This document shows, one piece after another, positions 8,654-17,131 of a stretch of DNA of 64,000 nt. Made by a program: the position numbers and the translations under genes. Source of the DNA: Bacteroidales bacterium (GTDB lineage Bacteria; Bacteroidota; Bacteroidia; Bacteroidales; VadinHA17); NCBI GenBank assembly GCA_030692905.1, contig JAUYBT010000085.1, forward strand, positions 100 to 64,099, given 5' to 3'. The notes beneath the pieces were generated by a model, which made no database searches, was not told the DNA's origin, and saw only the letters and a program-made list of their open reading frames with translations. Every line of letters begins with the position of its first letter. Within the stretch, counting starts at the first letter, position 1.

Positions 8654-9781
8654 TTAAATAGTAATCTTTCTTTTTCTTGCTTCAACAGTCCATTGCGCTG
8701 TCACCTTATGGTCATTAACAACAGATACGAAATCATGACGGTCAACTGTCGGACAAATATGCCATGGGATACCATAGATAGGTTCGCCGACTTTGTAATT
8801 ATCAGCCTTAGTTGTTCGGATGACCATATGTTCTTCATTATGACTTATTACAGTATAGTTTTCCAGTCCAAGGATTTTAATTCTTGGTTGAGGCATCTCT
8901 GAAGCAACTGCTTTATGTCCAAGGTCGAGACATAACAATTCTTTTCCGGGCTTGCTTATAATCCGCGTAAGCAGAACAGCAGCATGTAAAAAGTCCATGT
9001 CAATGAAAGAACTGCTGTAGCCATAGTCCCACAAAAGAAGTGTTCCGGGACTGGATTCCACACCTTTTCGCAAAGCATGTATCGGGAAGGTAGGAGTTCC
9101 GCCTGCTACAATTTTAACTGGACCGATACCTTCCCCTTCAAGTTCATCTATTAGACTTATTACCTGGGCAAAAGCGTCATTACAAATTTTTTGACGCAGT
9201 GAAAAAACATGTTCATGAATATGACCATCATATACATGAAGTCCTTCAGCGATCAGCATTGGCGAATCGATGATTCTTTTGAAAAGCTTTGCTGCCTTTT
9301 CCCCGGGGGATATGCCTGTACGGTTCATCCCATTGTTGATATCGAGCCATACATGTGTTTCGATGCCGGTTCTCCTGGCGTTATCTGATAATTGTATTAT
9401 AACTTCTTCATTATCAGCAATACACGATATTTTTGAATTTTTGAATTCTTGTTTTAATTTAAAAAACCTTTCAAGATTAGGACCAACAGGTTGCATTGCC
9501 AGTAAAATATCAGTTACCCCGCACTTTGCAACCATCTCTGTTTCAGAAATAGTAGCAGATTTGAACTTATAAATGCCATGTTTCATTTGCAATCTGATGA
9601 TCTCAGACATTTTATGAGTCTTGACATGTGGTCTTAACAGATCAACACTTCCGGCAATCTCAATCATTTTCTGAATATTGAGTTCGATACGGTCAGGATA
9701 AACCAGCAGAGAGGGTGAGCAAACTTCACTTACATTGTCGACCAGATACCAATCGGTGTTTTGAGAAGCAGTTTTTTCCAT
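8654..9781 (-). CDS. D-threonine aldolase / D-serine dehydratase-like PLP enzyme (alanine racemase N-terminal fold)
   Basis: LRPHVKTHK PLP-lysine motif and overall resemblance to the DSD1/D-TA family. Located next to a RidA gene. Confidence 0.6.
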   Translation of the reverse strand: MEKTASQNTDWYLVDNVSEVCSPSLLVYPDRIELNIQKMIEIAGSVDLLRPHVKTHKMSEIIRLQMKHGIYKFKSATISETEMVAKCGVTDILLAMQPVGPNLERFFKLKQEFKNSKISCIADNEEVIIQLSDNARRTGIETHVWLDINNGMNRTGISPGEKAAKLFKRIIDSPMLIAEGLHVYDGHIHEHVFSLRQKICNDAFAQVISLIDELEGEGIGPVKIVAGGTPTFPIHALRKGVESSPGTLLLWDYGYSSSFIDMDFLHAAVLLTRIISKPGKELLCLDLGHKAVASEMPQPRIKILGLENYTVISHNEEHMVIRTTKADNYKVGEPIYGIPWHICPTVDRHDFVSVVNDHKVTAQWTVEARKRKITI

Positions 9782-9789
9782 TTTTGTTT

Positions 9790-10254
9790 CTAATAGAGTT
9801 CAAACATGGCTTCAACCTCAACAGGTATGTTTGAAGGAAGTATCATACCGACAGCACTTCTTACCCCGATACCGTTCTCTTCCCCAAAAACCTCAGCCAT
9901 AAGCTCACTGAATCCGTTGATAACAGCCGGCTGTTGCTCAAAGCCAGGGGCACAGTTGACCATTCCCAGCACTTTTATTACCCGTTTGATTTTTTTTAAT
10001 TCTCCAAAATGAGTCTTAATCGTTGATAACATTGTAAGTCCAACCTGCCTTGCAGCCAGTTTTCCTTCTTCTTTATCAAGATCTGCACCCAGTCTACCTG
10101 TCATCAGGGTGCCGTCAGATCTGATTGGTCCCTGACCGGAAACATATAGGAATTTATCAACGACCAGTACAGGCTTATATACTCCGGCAGGTTTAGGTGC
10201 CGGTGGTAATATGAGGCCTAACTCAACAATACGTAAATCAGGATCTTGTTTCAT
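9790..10254 (-). CDS. RidA family protein (YjgF/L-PSP reactive intermediate deaminase)
   Basis: A 154-aa protein with the typical RidA C-terminal core (...RSAVGMILPSNIPVEVEAMFEL). Confidence 0.8.
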   Translation of the reverse strand: MKQDPDLRIVELGLILPPAPKPAGVYKPVLVVDKFLYVSGQGPIRSDGTLMTGRLGADLDKEEGKLAARQVGLTMLSTIKTHFGELKKIKRVIKVLGMVNCAPGFEQQPAVINGFSELMAEVFGEENGIGVRSAVGMILPSNIPVEVEAMFELY

Positions 10255-10429
10255 TTTTCATTTTTCATTTATAATATTAATAGTAAAGATAAGTTGAATT
10301 TATATTCTATCAATTTGAATTGTATGTAAAATGGTTAACCTAGCACGAGTTACAACCGAGCGGAAGTTGTTTTCGTCATTCACCGGTAGATTTCCTCCTT
10401 TTACAGAATTTAACCGGAAATTAACTAAT

Positions 10430-10455
10430 AAAACTTTGTAAACTAAAAAAGTTTT
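10430..10455. promoter_or_regulatory. candidate TetR operator (8-bp perfect inverted repeat)
   Basis: AAAACTTT (10430-10437) and AAAGTTTT (10448-10455) are separated by 10 nt, about 35 nt upstream of the TetR gene ATG. Confidence 0.3.
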
Positions 10456-10487
10456 CTCATTTTTACAACGTTTATTTCAAAAATGTA

Positions 10488-11093
10488 ATGGATATCAGAG
10501 ACAGAATAATCGAAGGAGCAGCAGAACTATTCAAGACTTACGGAATAAAATCGGTGACCATGGATTCTCTGGCCAACCATCTCGGTATGTCGAAAAGAAC
10601 TATTTATGAAGTCTTTTCTGATAAGGATGAACTGTTGGTTGGAGTACTGAAGTGGATGGCTGAAAAGCAAAGGGAATTAGTAAAAAGGGTACTGGACGAT
10701 TCAGAAAATGCACTAATAGCAATATTTAAATTGCTGGAAACTAACATGAATCATTTTCAGGAAATGAGTCCTGCTTTTCAGGCTGACATGAAGAAATATC
10801 ATTATGAAGTTTTGATGAAGAAAACGGATAAATGTGAAATGCCCGATTACAGGAATAATATACAATTGATTGAAAGAGGGATTAAGGAAAAGCTGTTCAG
10901 AAAAGATATAAATCCTGATTTGATTAACCGTTGCCTTTATTCACTAGTCAGGTCAATAATGGATCAGGATCTATATCCTTTTGAGCAGTTTACCCGGCGC
11001 GAAGTTGTAAAAAATATTTTCATCAATTACCTGAGAGGTATTTCCACAAAGGGAGGTGTTGAATTGATTAACAGGCTTGAAGCTAAATTTTAA
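10488..11093 (+). CDS. TetR/AcrR family transcriptional regulator
   Basis: N-terminal HTH (GIKSVTMDSLANHLGMSKRTIYEVFSDKDEL). It leads the efflux operon. Confidence 0.85.
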   Translation: MDIRDRIIEGAAELFKTYGIKSVTMDSLANHLGMSKRTIYEVFSDKDELLVGVLKWMAEKQRELVKRVLDDSENALIAIFKLLETNMNHFQEMSPAFQADMKKYHYEVLMKKTDKCEMPDYRNNIQLIERGIKEKLFRKDINPDLINRCLYSLVRSIMDQDLYPFEQFTRREVVKNIFINYLRGISTKGGVELINRLEAKF

Positions 11094-11143
11094 ATAGATA
11101 AATATTAATTCATATTAACACGCTTAGATAATAATTTAGAGAA

Positions 11144-12481
11144 ATGAAAAACAAAGAACTTCTGACAGTCTTACGGTTATTCTTCTTAACAGGCGGAATT
11201 ATTCTGGCACAGGAGAACAGCAGTGAGTTAACCCTTTCCTTAAAAGAGGCACAGGATTATGCCATTCAGCATAATAAGATGGTGATTTCCGCAAAGATGG
11301 ATGTTGAGGCATCAAAAATTGCCCTTTGGGAGACTATTTCAAATGGATTACCCCAGATTAGTGCATCCGGATCATTTACTGATAACCTTAAATTGATGAC
11401 CACTCTCTTACCAGGGGACTTTTTTGGAAGACCAGGCGAAAAGGTACCGGTTACTTTTGGTTCACAGTTTAATTCAGGTGCCAGCATTCAGGCAAGTTTG
11501 CTGCTATTCAATGCCCCGTTTTATATTGGTATTGAGACCACAAAACTTGCTCAGAAGTTAAGTGAAGAGAGCCTTGCAAAATCAGAACTCGATACAAAGG
11601 AATCTGTAAGTACTGCTTACTTCCTGATACTGGTTTCAGAAAAATCTCTTCAGATACTCGATGGGAATATTGCAAATCTGAACGAAACACTTAAGTCCAC
11701 AAAGGCTATGTATTCAGCAGGTATGGCTGAATCAACTGATGTTGATCAGATGGTATCAAATGTTACAATGGTGGAAAATACCCGAAGCTCGATGCAACGT
11801 GCAATAGAACTGAATTACAATCTGTTGAGATTCCAGCTTGGTGTTCCTGCCGAAACCAGGATCACACTTAAGGAGACACTCGAAAATTTGACTTCAGAAA
11901 TAAATATTGAGGCACTTCTGTCTCAACAATTCGATCATCAACAGAACATGAATTTCAGGTTGGTTGAGGGTCAGGAACAGATGTCAGCACTTGCCCTTAA
12001 GTCACAGAAAGCGTCAGTTCTTCCCACGTTAGCAGGTTTTTATAATTATGGCACGAACGGAATGGGCGATAAAATCGAAGATCAGAGATGGTTCCAGAAT
12101 TCTATGACTGGGCTGCAACTCTCAGTCCCAATATTTGCCAGTGGACAAAGATATAGTAAGATAAAAAAAGCAAAGTTAAGCCTCGAAAAAGCAAGAACAA
12201 CAAAAGAGATGGTTACCGACCAGCTCCTTCTCCAGGAAAAGCAACTCAGGTACAACCTGGTTAATGCTAACCTTCAGTATAAAAGTCAGAAAGATAATAT
12301 TGATGTAGCTAAAAGGGTCTATACCAGCATGGAGAATAAATTCAGGCAGGGTATGGCTTCAAGTCTTGAACTGACCCAGGCTAATTCACTTTACCTGCAG
12401 GCCGAAAATAACTATGTGTCTGCATTAATGAACCTGCTCCAGACAAAGCTCGCATTGGATAAACTATTGAATAACATGTAA
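11144..12481 (+). CDS. TolC family outer-membrane efflux protein
   Basis: Signal peptide, two OEP repeats, and position ahead of the MFP and RND genes. Confidence 0.8.
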   Translation: MKNKELLTVLRLFFLTGGIILAQENSSELTLSLKEAQDYAIQHNKMVISAKMDVEASKIALWETISNGLPQISASGSFTDNLKLMTTLLPGDFFGRPGEKVPVTFGSQFNSGASIQASLLLFNAPFYIGIETTKLAQKLSEESLAKSELDTKESVSTAYFLILVSEKSLQILDGNIANLNETLKSTKAMYSAGMAESTDVDQMVSNVTMVENTRSSMQRAIELNYNLLRFQLGVPAETRITLKETLENLTSEINIEALLSQQFDHQQNMNFRLVEGQEQMSALALKSQKASVLPTLAGFYNYGTNGMGDKIEDQRWFQNSMTGLQLSVPIFASGQRYSKIKKAKLSLEKARTTKEMVTDQLLLQEKQLRYNLVNANLQYKSQKDNIDVAKRVYTSMENKFRQGMASSLELTQANSLYLQAENNYVSALMNLLQTKLALDKLLNNM

Positions 12482-12515
12482 TTAAATTAATCAGAAACCA
12501 TCAAAATAATATATA

Positions 12516-13580
12516 ATGAAGTACTTCAAATCAATTTCGGCAATAGTGATAAGCGGACTGATAATTTCAGCCTGTTCATCAAAAGGCAAGAATACAACAA
12601 CTACTTCCTCCGATCCGGCAACTGTAACTGAAAAAGCTGCTATACCGGTAAGAATTACGGCTTTATCAAAAACTAAAATCTCAAGAACAATTGACTATAC
12701 AGCCACTGTCCTCCCTTTCGAGGAAGTAAACATGGCTCCATCAACTCCGGGCAGAATTGATAAAATATTTGTTGAGGTAGGTGACAAGGTAAATAAGGGT
12801 GATGATCTTTTCCTGATGGACCGCACCCAGCTGTACCAGTTAAAACTGCAGTTAAGCAGTCTTGAGAAGGATCTCAACAGGATCGATACTCTCCTTAAAT
12901 CCGGTAGTGCCAAACAACAGCAGTATGACCAGATGAAGACACAGTATGATGTCACAAAAACAAATGTCGACTTCATGGAAGAAAATTCATTGCTCAAAGC
13001 TCCTTTTTATGGTGTTGTTACAGGAAAATATTTTGAAAACGGTGAAATATATTCAGGTGCTCCTACAACACAGTCAGGAAGATCTGCTGTTGTTACTGTT
13101 ATGCAGGTAAACCCTCTTAAAGTTAATGTAAACATCTCAGAGCAATATTATCCTCTTATAAAAAGAGGAATGAAAGGTTTTATTACAGCAGATGTTTACA
13201 AAAGTGAGACTTTCACAGGTACTGTTTATCGCATATCTCCGACCATTAGTTCAGCAACAAGATCGTTTATTACTGAACTTGAACTTCCAAACAGAAATGA
13301 CCTTCTGAAACCCGGTATGTTCGTAAGAGTGTCTATGGACCTCGGCGAGGTTGAAACTTTTGTTGTTCCTGCAAATACTGTTCTTGTACAGGAGGGGACA
13401 AACATAAGATATGTCTTTATTGAAAAAAACAATATTGCTTACAGAATTGAAGTTGAGTTAGGTAAGCGATTTGATGACCAGCTTGAGATCATATCAGAAA
13501 ACCTTAAAGAAGGAGACCGGCTTGTGAATGAGGGACAGTCACGGCTCATTAACGGTGATAAAATTGAGACAGTAAAGTAA
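12516..13580 (+). CDS. efflux RND transporter periplasmic adaptor subunit
   Basis: Lipoprotein-like N-terminus (SACSS), HlyD/MFP biotinyl-lipoyl and beta-barrel segments. Operon context. Confidence 0.85.
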   Translation: MKYFKSISAIVISGLIISACSSKGKNTTTTSSDPATVTEKAAIPVRITALSKTKISRTIDYTATVLPFEEVNMAPSTPGRIDKIFVEVGDKVNKGDDLFLMDRTQLYQLKLQLSSLEKDLNRIDTLLKSGSAKQQQYDQMKTQYDVTKTNVDFMEENSLLKAPFYGVVTGKYFENGEIYSGAPTTQSGRSAVVTVMQVNPLKVNVNISEQYYPLIKRGMKGFITADVYKSETFTGTVYRISPTISSATRSFITELELPNRNDLLKPGMFVRVSMDLGEVETFVVPANTVLVQEGTNIRYVFIEKNNIAYRIEVELGKRFDDQLEIISENLKEGDRLVNEGQSRLINGDKIETVK

Positions 13581-13605
13581 TTGTAAGAATTTCAATAATA
13601 ATAAA

Positions 13606-16600
13606 ATGAGTATATATAGTGCATCAGTAAAAAGACCCGTTACAACCATCCTGGTTTTTGTTGCAGTGATGGTTATCGGTCTCTATTCACTTGTTCAGCT
13701 GCCTGTGGATCTTTATCCTGAAGTGGAGCTCCCTTTCGTAGCAGTCCTTACGACATATTCGGGTGCCAGTGCTTCTGACATTGAATCAAATGTTACCAGG
13801 CCACTTGAAAATACCCTTAACTCAATCAGTAAGCTTAAAGAGATAACATCCACCTCCAGCGATGGAACGTCAGTAATATTCATGAATTTTGAATATGGAA
13901 CGAACCTCGATGAAGCGTCCAACGATATCAGGAATAACCTCGGTTTTATGGAAGCGTTTCTCCCGGAAGATTGTGAGAAACCAACTATAATAAAATTCAA
14001 TTCAAGTATGATGCCTATAATCTTCTATGCTATTACAGCTAAGGAGAGTTACAGGGGTCTCGAAAAGATACTTGATGAAAAAATTGTAAACCCGCTTAAC
14101 AGAATCGAAGGAGTTGGCGCAGTAAGTCTTTCAGGTGTACCGGGTCGAAAAGTTTATATTGATGTTGACCCCCGGAAAATGGAGGCATATAATCTTACCA
14201 TTGAACAGATCGGGAATATACTTCGCGCTGAAAACATAAATATGCCGGCAGGTTACATTGAAATGGGTCAGACCGATTATCCTCTGCGTATCCAGGGCGA
14301 ATTTCCTGAAAGTGATGTTGTTAAGAATATTGTTGTGAGCAGTTTTAACAGCAATAATGTCTACCTGAAAGATGTGGCAGAGGTACGCGATACAATACGT
14401 GAAACAAAACTTGACACCAAGATCAACGGTACTCAGGGTATGAGCATGTATATCCAGAAGCAGTCGGGTGGTAATACTGTGAAAGTGACAAAAGAGGTTG
14501 AGAAAGCTCTGGTTACATTACAGAAAGATCTCCCCTCTGATGTAAAGATCGAGAAATTATTCGACAGCGCCACTTTTATAAATGATTCGATAAGCAACCT
14601 GACAGAGACACTCATGTACGCTGCCATCTTTGTCATTTTGGTTGTTCTCTTTTTCCTGGGGAGATGGAGGGCGACTTTTATTATTATTCTTACGATTCCT
14701 ATCTCTCTTATTGTGGCGTTTATTTACCTGTTTATTACAGGTGAATCAATAAACATTATCTCGCTAACCTCACTTTCAATTTCTATAGGGATGGTAGTGG
14801 ACGATGCAATAGTTGTTCTGGAAAATATCACAAAACATATTGAAAGAGGAAGCCGGCCGAGGGAAGCTGCTATTTATGCGACCAATGAGGTCTGGCTGGC
14901 AGTTATTGTTACAACATTAACAGTAGTAGCTGTATTCTTTCCCCTAACGTTTGTTAAAGGACTTACAGGAGTGTTGTTCAAACAGCTTGGCATGCTGGTA
15001 ACTATTACAATAGTAACATCTGTATTTGCAGCTATTACGCTGACACCTACTTTGAGTGTTCTTCTGCTAAAATGGTATCCTATTAAAAAGGATGCATCAA
15101 TTTGGACTTATGACGGAAGTATCAGAAAAGGACTTGACTGGTTTAACCGTTTTTATGAAAAAACTCTGCGATGGGCACTTCACCATAAGACTTTGGTATC
15201 AATTATTGCAATTGTAGTTTTTGTGGGATCAATGAGTCTGTTTGCTTTGATAGATACAGAATTTTTCCCTCAGGCCGATGAATCAAGAATGTCTGCAACG
15301 ATAGAACTTCAGACAGGAACCAGGGTTGACGAGACCATAAAAACAGCCGATAAAATTGACAAACTTATAAAGGAAAAATACCCTGAAGTCCAGCTGGTTT
15401 CAACATCAACCGGTGCTGACGACCAGGGTGGATTTGCATCAATATTTTCAGCCGGTGGAACCCACTCCATACGTTACAGTCTGAGTCTGGTCCCTATCGA
15501 GGAACGTTCAAAATCAGTCTGGGACATTGTTGAAGAGATGAGAGCTGATTTTGCCGGGATGCCGGAAATCATTGACTTCACCCTGAGTACATCAGATAAT
15601 ATGGGCAGTTTTGGAGGAAACACCGTGGATGTTGAAATTTACGGATACAATATTTCCGAAACCAATACTGTGGCAGATGAACTTAAAGGTAAAATTGAAA
15701 AGATCCAGGGTACAAAGGACGTTACTATCAGCCGTGACAAATCGAAACCTGAACTGCAGATCATATTCGACCAGAATAAGATGATTGCCAACGGACTCAA
15801 CACTGCTATGGCATCAACTGCGATTAAGAACAGGGTTGATGGTATGACTGCAACAAGGCTTCGTCAGTTCGGAGATGAGTATGATGTTGTGGTAAGGTTT
15901 AAGGAAAGTGCCAGGAATACACTTACTGAGATTGAAAATATTGGTATTCCAAACCCGACCGGACAGATCATAAGACTTGGAGAAATTGCACAAGTGAAAG
16001 AGTACTGGTCACCACCGAATATTGAACGTAAACGCAAAGAAAGGATTGTAAGAGTTTCATTTACTCCTTATAAAAGATCTCTTACAGATATCCAGATCGA
16101 TGTGCAAAAAGCAATCGATGAAACCGCACTTCCATCAGGTATAATGGTGCAAATTTCAGGTGCAATAAAAGAACAGATGGATGCATTTATGGATATCGCA
16201 TTTCTTATATTAATAAGTCTGATACTTGTCTACCTGGTCATGGCTTCACAGTTTGAATCACTGAAAATGCCTTTCATTATAATGTTTTCAATTCCCTTTG
16301 CCTTTTCAGGAGTAGCAATAGCTCTGTTCCTTACCAATACCTCATTGAGTGTCATTTCAGGTATAGGGGCGGTTATGCTGATTGGAATTGTTGTCAAGAA
16401 CGCCATTGTTCTGGTTGACTTTATCAACCTCATGCGTGAACGCGGGAATGAGCTTTACGAAGCAATAGCCATATCCGGGAGATCGCGGCTCAGACCGGTC
16501 ATAATGACTTCTGCTACAACCATACTTGGTATGTTGCCTCTTGCAATAAGTAAAGGGTCAGGTTCAGAATTATGGAGCCCGATGGGTGTAGCTGTTATCG

Positions 16601-16743
16601 GTGGACTTGTATTCTCAACTGTTGTGACACTTGTAATAGTACCTGTTGTTTATGCAATATTTTCAAAACATGGTGAAAGAAACAAGAACATTGCAGTCTA
16701 TTCAGAATTTGATTTTATGAATGGTAACAGTAATGGTAAATAA
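13606..16743 (+). CDS. efflux RND transporter permease (AcrB/HAE1-like)
   Basis: A 1045-aa, 12-TM protein with AcrB-family motifs (VVDDAIVVLENI, VKNAIVLVDF). Confidence 0.9.
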   Translation: MSIYSASVKRPVTTILVFVAVMVIGLYSLVQLPVDLYPEVELPFVAVLTTYSGASASDIESNVTRPLENTLNSISKLKEITSTSSDGTSVIFMNFEYGTNLDEASNDIRNNLGFMEAFLPEDCEKPTIIKFNSSMMPIIFYAITAKESYRGLEKILDEKIVNPLNRIEGVGAVSLSGVPGRKVYIDVDPRKMEAYNLTIEQIGNILRAENINMPAGYIEMGQTDYPLRIQGEFPESDVVKNIVVSSFNSNNVYLKDVAEVRDTIRETKLDTKINGTQGMSMYIQKQSGGNTVKVTKEVEKALVTLQKDLPSDVKIEKLFDSATFINDSISNLTETLMYAAIFVILVVLFFLGRWRATFIIILTIPISLIVAFIYLFITGESINIISLTSLSISIGMVVDDAIVVLENITKHIERGSRPREAAIYATNEVWLAVIVTTLTVVAVFFPLTFVKGLTGVLFKQLGMLVTITIVTSVFAAITLTPTLSVLLLKWYPIKKDASIWTYDGSIRKGLDWFNRFYEKTLRWALHHKTLVSIIAIVVFVGSMSLFALIDTEFFPQADESRMSATIELQTGTRVDETIKTADKIDKLIKEKYPEVQLVSTSTGADDQGGFASIFSAGGTHSIRYSLSLVPIEERSKSVWDIVEEMRADFAGMPEIIDFTLSTSDNMGSFGGNTVDVEIYGYNISETNTVADELKGKIEKIQGTKDVTISRDKSKPELQIIFDQNKMIANGLNTAMASTAIKNRVDGMTATRLRQFGDEYDVVVRFKESARNTLTEIENIGIPNPTGQIIRLGEIAQVKEYWSPPNIERKRKERIVRVSFTPYKRSLTDIQIDVQKAIDETALPSGIMVQISGAIKEQMDAFMDIAFLILISLILVYLVMASQFESLKMPFIIMFSIPFAFSGVAIALFLTNTSLSVISGIGAVMLIGIVVKNAIVLVDFINLMRERGNELYEAIAISGRSRLRPVIMTSATTILGMLPLAISKGSGSELWSPMGVAVIGGLVFSTVVTLVIVPVVYAIFSKHGERNKNIAVYSEFDFMNGNSNGK

Positions 16744-16771
16744 TATTTTGTAACCTGATAAATATATAATT

Positions 16772-17065
16772 ATGAAAGCAATAATGATAATATACAACCA
16801 GGCTCATACCGAAAAGGTAGAGTACTTGCTCGATAAGCTTGGAATAAAAGGATATTCACTCTGGGAAAATGTACAGGGCAGGGGCAGCAACACCGGTGTT
16901 CCTCACCTGGGAACTCATGCCTGGCCTGAGATTAATAAAAGTGTCCTTACTGTCATTGATGATGAACTGGTTGATACAGTCCTTGACAAGGTAAAGAGGA
17001 TTGATGTCATCAATGAAGAGGTAGGAATCAGAGCTTTCGTATGGGATATAATGAAGATGGTTTAA
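16772..17065 (+). CDS. small P-II-like transporter-associated protein (PG0541-like family)
   Basis: A 97-aa alpha/beta protein (MIIYNQAH...GYSLWENVQGRGS...) immediately after the RND pump. It resembles the Bacteroidota transporter-associated P-II-like family. Confidence 0.45.
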   Translation: MKAIMIIYNQAHTEKVEYLLDKLGIKGYSLWENVQGRGSNTGVPHLGTHAWPEINKSVLTVIDDELVDTVLDKVKRIDVINEEVGIRAFVWDIMKMV

Positions 17066-17131
17066 TCGTCATCACGAAAATAAAAAGGATTCCATTACGA
17101 ACCCTGTTTTATTTTCATGAAAATCAATTCT

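Noticed and set aside
17076-17116. 10-bp inverted repeat GAAAATAAAA/TTTTATTTTC between the P-II-like gene and the EF-G paralog, considered as a bidirectional terminator
   Set aside because: The stem consists almost entirely of A-T pairs, with a single G-C pair and a 21-nt loop. It is thermodynamically weak and not reported as a feature.
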